Notes: generated from the letters alone by a model not told the origin. 64,000 bases of DNA from a bacterium (GCA_027624795.1 JAQBTX010000001.1:27170-91169); one strand, 5' to 3'; numbered from the stretch's first letter, positions 43,295 to 54,033 are shown. Translations and numbers: made by a program.

Positions 43295-45034
43295 CTACAA
43301 CTCAATATGCTTTACCAACCCTTGCAGCGTTTCGCGCCCATTCCATACATTCAAATCTATTTGATAGACTATACGGACAGTCTGATTCTTTCGTAACTGG
43401 TTAAATACATGAGCCATATTGAATGCGACCATTTCCAGGGGAGACGAGCTATTTATCGGATCTTTTACCTGTAATTTAAGATGATTTTTGAGTTTTCCCA
43501 ATATTCCTGCATGCACCACCGTAACTTCCGACATAAACACGGGTCGCGGATTTCCAATGCCAAAAGGGTTTAAGTGTTGAAGTGCATCATATAATTTTCT
43601 TGTTACTAAAGAGATAGGCATATGGATATCGGCTACTATAGTTCGCTCTAGGACTTTTTCTGAAATTTGATCTGATGCAAATTTTTGTGCTTTTTTGATG
43701 AAGATATCACGCTTTTTTTCAAGCATCGTAAACCCTGCAGCTCCAGCGTGGCCGCCATAATTGATGAGATAGTTTTGTAATTGACCTAAAAACTCTGTTA
43801 TATGGAATCCACTGATAGATCTGACCGATGCCTTGTAGTGGCCATCACCCTTGGTCATAACTATAGTTGGTCGGTAGTACTTTTCTACCATGCTACTGGC
43901 TATAAGTCCGATCACTCCTTCATGCCAATGATCAGAATAAAGGATGATGAGTTTGGGTAAATCGCCATTCATTTTTTGCGATTCCACCATATGCTCAGCT
44001 TCAGTTACCTGTTCTTTCACCAGCTCTTGACGTTTAGTATTCACGCTCCCCATTTTGTGGGCAAGCTCTTGGGCCCGCTCATTACTTGTAGTGCAGATCA
44101 GACGGAGCGCATCAATGGCATGTTCGAGTCTCCCTATGGCATTGATGCGCGGGGCGATTAAAAACCCTACTTCGTAAGGAGATATTGGTCGTCCTTCAAT
44201 GCCAGCTTCTCTAAAAAGGTGAGTAAATCCATGACGCTTCATACGAGAAAATGCTTGTAATCCGTGTGAAACTAACGATCGAGACGGGCCAACAAGTGGT
44301 ACTAAATCTGCCACCGTACCAATTGATGCTATTGCAGCGTAGTCTACATTGAAGTTGTGTTCTAATTTTTTGATATTCTTTGTCATTTTCAAAAATGAGA
44401 CGCCATCGTTTTTCACCCTTCCTTTATTGAGTTCTGGATGACACATCTTCATATAGATTTCTTTTGCTACAAAGTAAGCAACTCCTGATCCAGACAATGT
44501 GGGAATATGTATGATGAGTTTCGCATCTGTGGGGATCGTTTCTTGCTTATGATGATGGTCAGTAACAATGATGGGTATTCCTAATTTTTCCTTTGCATAA
44601 CGTATCTGTTTAGTGGCTGTTATCCCATGATCTACACTGATAATAAGATCTGGATTATATTTTTTTTTAATGTTGTCAAGTCCCTTTATAGAAAACCCAT
44701 ATCCTTCAGTGATGCGATTTGGCACATAGGGCATAGTATTAAAACCCAAAAGATGAAGTGTTTCCCAGAGTACGGCCCCGCCCGTTATTCCATCTGCATC
44801 ATAATCAGTGTAAACAACTATTGTTCCATTTGATTCATATACTTTAGAAAGTATATTAATTAATTGAGTGATATCTTTTTTCTTGAATCCAAAATCTGAT
44901 AGGCTCATTGTTTCTGGAGATGGGGGGGATATAAACGCTTCTCTATCTTCTATTCCACGATCCTTCAAAATCAACTCTACAATCTTATCTATAGGGATTC
45001 GCTCAGTGATTTCGTTTTTGACTTTGATTTCCAT
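43295..45034 (-). CDS. recJ: Single-stranded-DNA-specific exonuclease RecJ
   Basis: DHH motifs VYTDYDADGITG, SVDHGI, VTDHHH. DHHA1 GGHAGAAG. Confidence 0.92.
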   Translation of the reverse strand: MEIKVKNEITERIPIDKIVELILKDRGIEDREAFISPPSPETMSLSDFGFKKKDITQLINILSKVYESNGTIVVYTDYDADGITGGAVLWETLHLLGFNTMPYVPNRITEGYGFSIKGLDNIKKKYNPDLIISVDHGITATKQIRYAKEKLGIPIIVTDHHHKQETIPTDAKLIIHIPTLSGSGVAYFVAKEIYMKMCHPELNKGRVKNDGVSFLKMTKNIKKLEHNFNVDYAAIASIGTVADLVPLVGPSRSLVSHGLQAFSRMKRHGFTHLFREAGIEGRPISPYEVGFLIAPRINAIGRLEHAIDALRLICTTSNERAQELAHKMGSVNTKRQELVKEQVTEAEHMVESQKMNGDLPKLIILYSDHWHEGVIGLIASSMVEKYYRPTIVMTKGDGHYKASVRSISGFHITEFLGQLQNYLINYGGHAGAAGFTMLEKKRDIFIKKAQKFASDQISEKVLERTIVADIHMPISLVTRKLYDALQHLNPFGIGNPRPVFMSEVTVVHAGILGKLKNHLKLQVKDPINSSSPLEMVAFNMAHVFNQLRKNQTVRIVYQIDLNVWNGRETLQGLVKHIEL

Positions 45035-45037
45035 ATA

Positions 45038-46042
45038 TTACTCTCCCAAACTCTTCTGGTCTGATGCAGAAAGTGATGAGGTGGATTCTAACTTGTGTCC
45101 TAATTTAGACAATTCTTGTAGCATAGTAGACGACTGACTATAAGCATTTACAATATGCTTATTTAGAATTGTTGCTGCACCTTCCGTTGCTTCATAATAC
45201 TTTTGCATCGATTTAAGTGACGATAATATTTCTTTTGCTTGTTGCTGTACTCGTAGTCCTTCATGTGAAACCAAGATGACACGCAAATAGGCATAAAAAC
45301 TCATGGGTGATACGGGCACAATGCGATGTTCAGAAGCATAGTCATATAAATCTTCTGAATTGATAATTTCGTAATACACGCTTTCTGAAGGAATATACAT
45401 AAGGGCATAGTCAAGTGTGCCTTCTGAGGGAAGAATATATTTTTTAGAGATAGAAGAAATATGCTGTTTAACATCTCTTATAAATTCTTTTTTAGCCGAT
45501 GATCTATCTGCTTCATTCTGGAGTTCTATCATTTTTTTGAAGTTTGAGAGCGGAAATTTAGAGTCAATGACAATGAGCCCTTGTGTTGTTTGAACAACAG
45601 CATCTGCGCGGCTACCATCTTGGAATGAATGCTGAAGGGAGTACATCTCCCTTGGCAGTGATTGACTCAGAAGTTCTTTCAATACCTGCTCGCCGATGTT
45701 ACCTCGAAGTTTGGGTGATTGAAGAAATGTTTGAAGTTCCTGCATTGAACGGCCAATTTCTGAAAATTCACCAATCGTTCGTTGCACATGCATCATAGCT
45801 TCTGCAGATCTGTCTAAGCGCTTATTAAACATATCCATATTGTGAGATAGTTTAGCGTCAACATGAGTATTGGTTTGATCGATTCGATTTCCTAAATCTT
45901 TGAGCCACGACACAAGCTCGTCTGAAACTTGTGATGAGGATTCTAGCTTATTGAACCACATACGCACAATAACCAGGATGATAATTGCGGAGACAGCTAT
46001 AAAAATATAGGGAAGTACTTGCATACGAAGTACATTATACAT
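45038..46042 (-). CDS. rmuC: DNA recombination protein RmuC
   Basis: N-terminal TM and coiled coil. GNIGEQVLKELL...DAVV....IVIDSKFPL...MYIPSE. Confidence 0.85.
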   Translation of the reverse strand: MYNVLRMQVLPYIFIAVSAIIILVIVRMWFNKLESSSQVSDELVSWLKDLGNRIDQTNTHVDAKLSHNMDMFNKRLDRSAEAMMHVQRTIGEFSEIGRSMQELQTFLQSPKLRGNIGEQVLKELLSQSLPREMYSLQHSFQDGSRADAVVQTTQGLIVIDSKFPLSNFKKMIELQNEADRSSAKKEFIRDVKQHISSISKKYILPSEGTLDYALMYIPSESVYYEIINSEDLYDYASEHRIVPVSPMSFYAYLRVILVSHEGLRVQQQAKEILSSLKSMQKYYEATEGAATILNKHIVNAYSQSSTMLQELSKLGHKLESTSSLSASDQKSLGE

Positions 46043-46054
46043 GGGCGCTACCCA

Positions 46055-47098
46055 TTACATAAGTCCGCCACTACCTGAGAAGATTTTGGGCTTGAGTGGA
46101 TTCTCTTGAGTTGAATTATTTGTTTCAAATTCTTTTGGTTTCGATAATTTTTCTACTTGATCAATACTTGCTTGATTTGTCATCGCTGATTTTTGAAACA
46201 TGGGCTGTGGTTGTTGAAATGGTTGTGGCTGAATGAATGGATCCTGATCAAAGTCTATGGGTACCATTGGAGGCTGTTGGTAATATGATTGAGGTCCAAA
46301 GTTTTGTCGTTGAGGAAATGGAGCTCGTTGAACAGGTTGCATCGCTCTTTTTTGAGCGCCAGCGCGCAAAAGTGTTGCTACCGATTCATAGGTCTCTGCA
46401 TTTACAGAGTAGGCGGTAAGATTGTTGGTTGCGGCTTGAATTCCTGCATATAAATTGGTTGCCATGTCTTTATCTAAATCTATTTTGAGTCCTTGAATTA
46501 CATCCATTACCAGCTCACTGGTAGAAGAGCTCGATTTAGATACTAAATTGATTGTTCCAAATGAATTATTGATAAGATGTCGATCAATATTTATGATGTT
46601 TTTTCCACTAAACATACTTTCATTTTTCGCATAAATATCACCTAAACTCCTGAGATTTGGAGTATCGATCGTTATTATAAAATCTACCTTTCCACCGGTA
46701 TACGAAAACTGTATATCATTGGGTTCAAGCTTATTGCTCCCTTGACGAGGAACAATAACGAGGTTGAACCGATTACCTTCAATGTTGTAGTCAACTTTAT
46801 CTATAGTGCCATCTTCATAAGGAAACGAAACAATAAGATTGTCTCCACCAGTGGTAACTGAAGTTTTGATTTTGTCGGCACCCGGTAAGTCACTTTGAGG
46901 TATTACTGAAGCAACAATAGACATATTTTTGCCCATTTTAAGAAGTGCCATATAAAGAGCTGTTGCAGCAGCGATAGCATCTGGCGTAGGGTTTGCCGGA
47001 ATGGCAATAATTCCAGATTCCTGCTTGGTAAGCACATCTCGTATTTGTCCGACTAGTTTTGTGATATCAACAGGTTGTTGATTCATTGATGGGTTCAT
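46055..47098 (-). CDS. DHH/DHHA1-like protein with degenerate catalytic motifs and a Gln/Pro-rich C-terminal region
   Basis: NrnA-like architecture, but motif I is PANPTPDAIAAATAL, motif III is DRH (NIINIDRHL) and DTG is replaced (GIQAATNNL). The tail has QPPMVPIDFDQDPFIQPQPFQQPQPMFQ. Confidence 0.65.
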   Translation of the reverse strand: MNPSMNQQPVDITKLVGQIRDVLTKQESGIIAIPANPTPDAIAAATALYMALLKMGKNMSIVASVIPQSDLPGADKIKTSVTTGGDNLIVSFPYEDGTIDKVDYNIEGNRFNLVIVPRQGSNKLEPNDIQFSYTGGKVDFIITIDTPNLRSLGDIYAKNESMFSGKNIINIDRHLINNSFGTINLVSKSSSSTSELVMDVIQGLKIDLDKDMATNLYAGIQAATNNLTAYSVNAETYESVATLLRAGAQKRAMQPVQRAPFPQRQNFGPQSYYQQPPMVPIDFDQDPFIQPQPFQQPQPMFQKSAMTNQASIDQVEKLSKPKEFETNNSTQENPLKPKIFSGSGGLM

Positions 47099-47099
47099 A

Positions 47100-48545
47100 T
47101 TATAGGATATATTTTACCACATCACCTTCTTTAATGTCAAGTTCAGGAGCAAACTGCATTCCACACTCTTGGTCCTTCTTAACCTCCTGTACTGACTTTG
47201 CTCTCATTCTTAGCGATACAAGTTTTGAACTTCCTATAAGCTTATCATTTCGATAAACTTCGGCATTGTCTCCTAAGTTTACTTTACCCTTTGTTACGAG
47301 TCCGCCAAAAATATTTTCACCATCAATAATGAATGTGGCAAGAACTTTAACTTGTGCTTTTAGATTTTTCTCGCGCTCTTTCTTTTCTTGCATAATATCT
47401 GAGACTTCTTCAAGTTCCTCAAGTAGCTCGTATATGATATTGTATGTTTTGATTATGACCTTTTCCTGCTTTGCCAATTCAGTTACGTCTTTTATTACTT
47501 TCACAGAAAAGCCAATTACAATAGCTTTGGTTGTTTTTGCAAGAAAAACATCTGATTTATGAATGTCTCCCACTGCGCTTAGTACCAAGTTAATATTCTC
47601 ATTTTTCTTTAAAGCTTCATTTATAGCTTCAAGCGTTCCTTGTGATTCTGCTTTAAGTATAACGGCAAGCTTGTTGGACTCTTCTTTTTTTTGAAAGAGC
47701 GATTCGATACTGAAAGCTTTAGTTTCAGCTTCTTCTTCCACTTCTTTGATACTTTCTTGCTCATGCGATGTTATAACAGATCCAATTTCTGGAAGTTCTG
47801 AAAATCCAGTGAGAACAAATGGAGCAGAAGGTAATACGGTGCGCAACTGTTTACCCATATCACTTACTAATGATCGGACTTTTATTTTTCCTGTAGAAGT
47901 ATAGAGTTCATCGCCTACAGTAATAGTGCCATTTTTGATAATTACGCTTGAAGATACACCATGAGTGTCTTTGTTTGATTCAATAATATATGCTTCAACT
48001 TGAGATTTTGGATCATATTCAAGCTTTTGATCAGAAGCAATAAGAAGAAGTGCCTCTAATAGCTCTTTTACACCGTCGCCTTTTTCTGCTGATATCGGAA
48101 GTGCGATTACTTCTCCACCCATTTTTTCGGTAATGACTTCGTATTTAAGAAGATCTTTTATTACTTTTTCAGGTTTTGCATCTGGTAAATCTATCTTGTT
48201 GAGAGCAACAATATAAGGAATATTGGCACTTTTAATATGTGCTATAGACTCAATAGTTTGAGGTTTTATAGAATCTTTTGAATCTATTATGAGTATCGCA
48301 ATATCTGCTATGGTAGCTCCACGTGATCTAAGCTTGGAAAATGCTTCGTGACCTGGTGTATCTATGAATGTAATTTTGTCCGTTTCATAACCTTTTATAC
48401 CTGTTGCAATTTCATAGCCTCCAATACGCTGTGTTATGCCACCGTGTTCCCGTGCAGCAATACGGCTGTTTCGAATGGTATCAAGGAGAGTTGTTTTCCC
48501 ATGGTCAACATGGCCTAAGATAGTAACTATTGGTGGACGTATCAT
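47100..48545 (-). CDS. infB: Translation initiation factor IF-2 (short form starting at the G domain)
   Basis: [22 protein letters not shown]...DTPGHEAF...NKID. 481 aa with no N-terminal domains. Confidence 0.92.
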   Translation of the reverse strand: MIRPPIVTILGHVDHGKTTLLDTIRNSRIAAREHGGITQRIGGYEIATGIKGYETDKITFIDTPGHEAFSKLRSRGATIADIAILIIDSKDSIKPQTIESIAHIKSANIPYIVALNKIDLPDAKPEKVIKDLLKYEVITEKMGGEVIALPISAEKGDGVKELLEALLLIASDQKLEYDPKSQVEAYIIESNKDTHGVSSSVIIKNGTITVGDELYTSTGKIKVRSLVSDMGKQLRTVLPSAPFVLTGFSELPEIGSVITSHEQESIKEVEEEAETKAFSIESLFQKKEESNKLAVILKAESQGTLEAINEALKKNENINLVLSAVGDIHKSDVFLAKTTKAIVIGFSVKVIKDVTELAKQEKVIIKTYNIIYELLEELEEVSDIMQEKKEREKNLKAQVKVLATFIIDGENIFGGLVTKGKVNLGDNAEVYRNDKLIGSSKLVSLRMRAKSVQEVKKDQECGMQFAPELDIKEGDVVKYIL

Positions 48546-48586
48546 GCGTAAAAATATTCAAATTATAGTAACGAAGCTCTGTCAGA

Positions 48587-49633
48587 TTATTCCTCTTTTG
48601 CTTCAGAAGGTTTTTCTTTTGGTTCTTCTGCAGATACTTCTGTTGGTTCTTCGATGGATTTTACTGATTCTTTTTCTTTAATTTGATGTATGTCAATTTC
48701 ATATTCAGTAAGACTTGCGGCAAGATTTACATTAGCCCCATTTTTACCAATTGCAAGTGGTGCTTGTGATTCGTTTACCGTGACTTTTGCTCGTTTTGCT
48801 TTTTCATCCAACTCTACAGAAACTACTTCAGCGGGAGATAATGCACTCACAATAAACGTTTTGGAATCTTCATTCCACTGAATAATGTCTATCTTCTCTT
48901 TACCATTGAGCTCATCAGTAACGGTTTGTACTCGTATCCCCTTTTGGCCGACACAAGCGCCAACAGGATCAACACCACTCTGAATACTAAATACCGCTAT
49001 CTTTGCCCGCTCACCTGGCTCGCGTGCTACTCGTTTTATTTCTACGGTTCCATTGGCTATCTCTGGTACTTCACGCTTGAAAAGCTCTACAATAAGCTTT
49101 TCATCGGCTCGGGAAACAATAATGCGTGAATATCCAGCTGGATTCGTAGAAATTTCTTTCAACAAGAACATATAGCGTTCATTTACTGCTAGTTGCTCAT
49201 TTCGCATTTGTTCATCTCGAGGAAGAACTGCTTCTGTTTTTCCAATATCTACATATACGTTATTTGCATCTTGACGTATAACGCGGCCCCGTACAAGAGA
49301 TCCAACTTGATCTTGGTAATGAGATATTACGGTTTTCTTTTCTACTTCACGGATCTTTTGGATAATGACTTGTCGTGCAGTTTGTGCTGCTATACGGCCA
49401 AATCCAGGAGGAGTAATATCTATATTATTTTCAATAATATGAGTTTCCCCGGTATTCGTATCAATTTTTATTGTAATATCTCGCTCTTCGTCAATAACAG
49501 ATTGTCCATGTTCTTTAAAATATGCTGCAAGAATGGCACCTTCCATAGAGTTTATGACGTCATCAACACTAATACCGCGCTCAGTTGCGACTTGATTAAG
49601 AGCTAGCGTAAATTCACTTTTTACTATTACCAT
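48587..49633 (-). CDS. nusA: Transcription termination/antitermination factor NusA
   Basis: N-terminal domain, S1 domain (GSLVRGRVIR...) and KH domains (GACVGQKGIRVQ; AIGKNGANV). Acidic tail. Confidence 0.92.
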   Translation of the reverse strand: MVIVKSEFTLALNQVATERGISVDDVINSMEGAILAAYFKEHGQSVIDEERDITIKIDTNTGETHIIENNIDITPPGFGRIAAQTARQVIIQKIREVEKKTVISHYQDQVGSLVRGRVIRQDANNVYVDIGKTEAVLPRDEQMRNEQLAVNERYMFLLKEISTNPAGYSRIIVSRADEKLIVELFKREVPEIANGTVEIKRVAREPGERAKIAVFSIQSGVDPVGACVGQKGIRVQTVTDELNGKEKIDIIQWNEDSKTFIVSALSPAEVVSVELDEKAKRAKVTVNESQAPLAIGKNGANVNLAASLTEYEIDIHQIKEKESVKSIEEPTEVSAEEPKEKPSEAKEE

Positions 49634-49701
49634 ACAGCTAATTCTAGCACAAAAAGCCCAAATTACAATGAACAGCTTCTTCTGTTCTTGTATAATAAAC
49701 C

Positions 49702-50985
49702 ATGGCGTTTTTTATATGTTCAAATTGCGGTGAAGGTTCGGCATCTTGGATGGGGAGGTGTCCCAATTGTAGTGAATGGAATACGCTTGTTCAAAAACGT
49801 GAGTCAAAAACTACAAAATCAAAAAAAACTGAAGTATTTGAATCTAAAGCCTTCAAAACAATTGTTGCACTCGATACAAATCGTAATAAAACAGATGTAT
49901 ATGAGCTCGACCGCGTGCTCGGAGGAGGTGTGGTGAAAGGCGAAGTAATCCTTTTAACCGGTGAGCCAGGCGTGGGAAAATCTACGTTGCTTCTTCAAAC
50001 GTTGCATAAACTTACTACCTTGTATATTTCTGGTGAAGAGTCACCCGAACAAATTAAAGATCGGGCAGACCGATTGGCGATTCCGCTTACTACTTTGTCT
50101 TTTTCAGACTCACTCCAAGTTGAAGCCATAGATGCGGGAGTTCGTGACATGAAAACCTTTCCAGACATAATAGTTATTGATTCAATTCAAACGATCTATT
50201 CTAAAGATGTTCCCACTGCTCCCGGCAGCATAACTCAATTGAGGGAAGCAACAGCCAGACTCATACGACTCAGTAAGGAAACCGGCGTTCCCATGATCAT
50301 TGTGGGTCACGTAACCAAAGACGGCGACATCGCAGGGCCCAAATCACTTGAGCATATGGTTGATGCGGTGCTTCATTTTGAAGGGGAAAAAGTTTCAAAT
50401 TATCGCATATTGCGAGCGCAGAAAAACAGATTTGGCTCGACAGACGAGATTGGAATTTTTGAAATGACTCCAAAAGGATTGAAAGAAGTAGATAATCCAA
50501 CCGTATTTTTAGACAAACAAGAAGTTGACGTTCCAGGAAAGTCGATTGCGGGAGTTATGGAGGGGCAGCGTCCGTTATTTTTTGAGATTCAAGCACTTGC
50601 CACTCGATCGTTTTTGGCTGTTCCACGACGCGTTGTGAAGGGATTGGATTATAATAAAATACTTCTCCTTATTGCAGTAATACAAAAGCATCTTAATATT
50701 GATCTGAATACATATGATTTATATTTAAACGTGATCGGTGGGGTTCAAGTTAAATCTCCAGCTGCTGATTTAGCAGTAGTTGCTGCCATTTTATCAACAG
50801 TGAAAGATATTCCATTATCTGCAAGAACCATTTTCACTGGTGAGCTCGGGTTATTGGGGGAGATTCGTAAAGTATATGGCGAAGAAAGGATTGTCCAAGA
50901 AGCAAAAAGACTCAAATTCACCAAACAGTATTATTCTATGGAATGTAAGAGTGTGAAAGAATTGTACAAAAAAATCAGCAATTAA
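49702..50985 (+). CDS. radA: DNA repair protein RadA/Sms
   Basis: Zn finger CSNCGEGSASWMGRCPNCSEW. Walker A GEPGVGKSTL. KNRFG motif. Lon-like C-terminus. Confidence 0.93.
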   Translation: MAFFICSNCGEGSASWMGRCPNCSEWNTLVQKRESKTTKSKKTEVFESKAFKTIVALDTNRNKTDVYELDRVLGGGVVKGEVILLTGEPGVGKSTLLLQTLHKLTTLYISGEESPEQIKDRADRLAIPLTTLSFSDSLQVEAIDAGVRDMKTFPDIIVIDSIQTIYSKDVPTAPGSITQLREATARLIRLSKETGVPMIIVGHVTKDGDIAGPKSLEHMVDAVLHFEGEKVSNYRILRAQKNRFGSTDEIGIFEMTPKGLKEVDNPTVFLDKQEVDVPGKSIAGVMEGQRPLFFEIQALATRSFLAVPRRVVKGLDYNKILLLIAVIQKHLNIDLNTYDLYLNVIGGVQVKSPAADLAVVAAILSTVKDIPLSARTIFTGELGLLGEIRKVYGEERIVQEAKRLKFTKQYYSMECKSVKELYKKISN

Positions 50986-50990
50986 TGTGC

Positions 50991-51611
50991 CTACTCCAAC
51001 ACAAATAGTTCTTCAAGCTGAGAAATCCTTCCATTTGCACCTGTTACTTTTATGACCAACTTGTTCTTTCCTTTTGAAAGCGGAAATTCATAATCAAAAA
51101 TGCCAGTATAACTGGGAAATAATTCTTCATTAAAAATAGTTATAGTAGATTCTCTGGTAGTTTGACCAGTTATATGAACGCGATCAACATTGCGAAATGT
51201 GCGCTTTTGCGGAGCAAGAATTGTTATTGATGGTGGCTGAAAATACATACGAATCTGATACCCAAAATAGCCAAAAAACAAAAGCATTACACATACAAGC
51301 ACTCCATACATAATCTTCTTGGTTTCAGGCAAAATACTAAGCGATGGAAGCCTTCCTTTAAATGTGATACCTTCGGTCTTTTCAAAATCACGACGAAAAT
51401 AAGCTAATGCGTTATGTGGGCTTACTCCAAGATACGATGCATAGGAACGAATGATCCCTGAGATGTATACTCGAGAGCTAAATATAGACCAATCATTTTT
51501 TTCAACAGCTTGCAGGTATCGCTTGCGAATACGCGTTTCTTTTTCTACGTTTTCAAGACTAATCTCTTTTTGGATTCGGGCTTTTTGGAGTAATTCTCCG
51601 ACTGTTACCAT
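50991..51611 (-). CDS. RodZ-like HTH membrane protein
   Basis: N-terminal HTH (VGELLQKARIQKEISLENVEKETRIRKRYLQAVE), one TM, and an extracytoplasmic beta-rich domain. Confidence 0.65.
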   Translation of the reverse strand: MVTVGELLQKARIQKEISLENVEKETRIRKRYLQAVEKNDWSIFSSRVYISGIIRSYASYLGVSPHNALAYFRRDFEKTEGITFKGRLPSLSILPETKKIMYGVLVCVMLLFFGYFGYQIRMYFQPPSITILAPQKRTFRNVDRVHITGQTTRESTITIFNEELFPSYTGIFDYEFPLSKGKNKLVIKVTGANGRISQLEELFVLE

Positions 51612-51613
51612 GG

Positions 51614-52171
51614 CTATACCCTCCCTGTATACTCTCCCGTTTCTGGATTAATTGATATTGTTTCACCAACCTTAATAAAAAGAGGAACTAAAACTTTGGC
51701 ACCGGTTTCTACAATTGCTTCTTTTTTGGCATTACTTACCGTATCACCTTTTGCCGCATCTTCTGCTTGAATTATCTTTAATTTTACGCTTGCTGGAGGT
51801 CTTATGCTGAGTGGTTTATCGTTGTAGATATAAACAAACATAGCTTCACCTTCTTTGAAAAAGGCAATGATGTCTCCGATAATATCAAGAGGTATCGATA
51901 TCTGTTCGTATGTATGTTGATCCATAAAAAAAGCATGCTCTGCATCTTTGTATAAGTACTGCATTTCAATGCTGGAAACTTGTACTGTTTCTACATCTTC
52001 TTGTGATTTATAGGTATAATCCATAGCTTTCCCAGAGGAAACACTTCTCATTTTAGTGCGCATAAGCGCCGCCCCTTTTCCAGGAGAATAAAATTCAGTC
52101 TTTAGTAACTGCCAAATGTCATTTTGATAGAGGATAAATTCTCCTCTCTTCAAATTTCCTGCTGCTGTCAT
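51614..52171 (-). CDS. efp: Elongation factor P
   Basis: 185 aa. Modification loop YSPGKGAALMRTKMRS with a conserved Lys. Confidence 0.93.
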   Translation of the reverse strand: MTAAGNLKRGEFILYQNDIWQLLKTEFYSPGKGAALMRTKMRSVSSGKAMDYTYKSQEDVETVQVSSIEMQYLYKDAEHAFFMDQHTYEQISIPLDIIGDIIAFFKEGEAMFVYIYNDKPLSIRPPASVKLKIIQAEDAAKGDTVSNAKKEAIVETGAKVLVPLFIKVGETISINPETGEYTGRV

Positions 52172-52172
52172 A

Positions 52173-53177
52173 TTATGAAAATGTAATTAATGATAGATCT
52201 TGTATAGCTGGCACATCGGCAAATATCATACCTATGCGCTCCACCCCTATGGCAATGCCGGTAGAATCGGGCATTCCCGCTTCCATTGATTCAATGAATC
52301 CCCAATCTACGGGATGACCTATTTTACCAGAGGTTTTCCTTCCTTTGTCTTCAGCTTTAAATCGAGCTTTTTGTAATACTGGATCGGTAAGCTCTGTGTA
52401 ACAGTTTCCTAGCTCTAATCCAGCAATATAAAACTCAAATCGCTCTGCTGTAACACCATCATTATTGGGTTTTGATAGTGCGGCAAATTGAACCGGATAA
52501 TCATACAATAATGTTGGATATCCGTTCATACCCATATGTGGCTCTACTTCTTGAGTGTAGATCTGTGACCATAAATCTTCATAGGTAAATGATTCTGTTT
52601 TATACCCTTTGTCTTTTGCAATATTGATAAATGCCGATTCATCCAATAATATATTTGGCTTAATAGATGCATATGTTTCAAAAGCTTCAGCAACAGTAAA
52701 ACGCTCCCATTTCGAAAGTGAGATTTGAGAACCTTGATAAGTTATTTGTGCGCCATCACCACTGGTAGCTCTTGCGATATGCTGAAGAAGTTTCAACACT
52801 TGATCTGCCATATACATATAATCCTCCCCTACCTTGTACCATTCAAGCATGGTAAATTCTGGTTGGTGTCTGGGTGAATGAGGTTCGCTATTTCTAAATG
52901 ATTTACCAAGGTAATAACAATCTCCTATGCCCTGTGCAAGTAACCGTTTGATAAATAACTCAGGTGAAGGGGTAAGAAATAAATCTTGTTTTTTATCCAT
53001 ATACGTAAATTCAGTTTTGAAAATCTCTAAGTATGCTTCGGGAATAAGTGCCGGGGAAAGAACAGGTAAATCGAGCTCTAAATACCCATTTTCATTGAGA
53101 TACGAGCGAATAGATTGAACAACTTTGAGATATGTTTTGTAGGATCCGCCTTTTGAATAGTTTGATTTTATAATCAT
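52173..53177 (-). CDS. epmA: EF-P lysine ligase EpmA (PoxA/GenX), a LysRS-like class II paralog
   Basis: Aligns along its full length with E. coli EpmA: [66 protein letters not shown]. Adjacent to efp. Confidence 0.85.
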   Translation of the reverse strand: MIIKSNYSKGGSYKTYLKVVQSIRSYLNENGYLELDLPVLSPALIPEAYLEIFKTEFTYMDKKQDLFLTPSPELFIKRLLAQGIGDCYYLGKSFRNSEPHSPRHQPEFTMLEWYKVGEDYMYMADQVLKLLQHIARATSGDGAQITYQGSQISLSKWERFTVAEAFETYASIKPNILLDESAFINIAKDKGYKTESFTYEDLWSQIYTQEVEPHMGMNGYPTLLYDYPVQFAALSKPNNDGVTAERFEFYIAGLELGNCYTELTDPVLQKARFKAEDKGRKTSGKIGHPVDWGFIESMEAGMPDSTGIAIGVERIGMIFADVPAIQDLSLITFS

Positions 53178-54031
53178 GAGATTTCATTCTCTAATGCTTG
53201 TATGAGCTCTTTTGCTTTTGTAGAAAGTTTGGTGGGAATAATTACTTTAAACGTAATGTATTGATCTCCTTTGCCAGAAGAGTTGACATGGGGTACTCCT
53301 TTTCCTTGCAATCGTATCATGCTACCACTTTGTGTTCCGGGTTTAACTTTTACTTTTACTTCTTTGTCTACGGTTGGAATCTGAATAGTTGCCCCCAATA
53401 TGGCTTGGGTGAGAGAAAGGTGCTGCTCATAAAATATATCTTGGCCTTTTCTGGTAAATTTTGAGTCGGGGGCGATACTGATGATGACATCAAATTCATT
53501 GAATCGAATTCTCATGTTGTCATCTACACCAGCGGGGACTTTTATTATTTTTTCCTTCCCATTTATAACTGTTTGCTTTTCAACTCCCCTCACTGCTTCT
53601 TGAAAGCTAATCTGCATTTGGTACACCGATCGGGGTTGCCGCGTTTGGCGTGAGCTACCATAAGGTGATTGACCACCAAAAAATTGTTCAAATATATCAA
53701 ACGGATCCATTCCACCAAAATCAAAGTTCACACTTTGGCCCCCTACATTTGAATAATAGCCACCCTGACCACCGAATGGTCCTTGTTGGCCTGCTGCACT
53801 AGCACGAGCTCCACCATTTGAATAGGCTGAATGACCTATCTGATCGTAGGTGCTTTTCTTTTTTGGATCAGAAAGCGTTTCATATGCCTGATTAATCTCT
53901 TTAAACTTTTTCTCTGCTCCTGACTCCCTATTCTTGTCTGGATGCCACTTAAGCGCAAGCTTACGATAAGCCGACTTGAGTTCCTGCTTGGAGGCATTCT
54001 TGCTCACTCCAAGCACTTCATAATAATCCAT
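53174..54031 (-). CDS. dnaJ: DnaJ-family co-chaperone lacking the Zn-finger domain (type II/CbpA-like)
   Basis: J domain DYYEVLGV...HPDKN. G/F-rich region. CTD I/II without any CxxCxGxG repeats. dnaK-dnaJ operon position. Confidence 0.88.
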   Translation of the reverse strand: MDYYEVLGVSKNASKQELKSAYRKLALKWHPDKNRESGAEKKFKEINQAYETLSDPKKKSTYDQIGHSAYSNGGARASAAGQQGPFGGQGGYYSNVGGQSVNFDFGGMDPFDIFEQFFGGQSPYGSSRQTRQPRSVYQMQISFQEAVRGVEKQTVINGKEKIIKVPAGVDDNMRIRFNEFDVIISIAPDSKFTRKGQDIFYEQHLSLTQAILGATIQIPTVDKEVKVKVKPGTQSGSMIRLQGKGVPHVNSSGKGDQYITFKVIIPTKLSTKAKELIQALENEIS

Positions 54032-54033
54032 AA

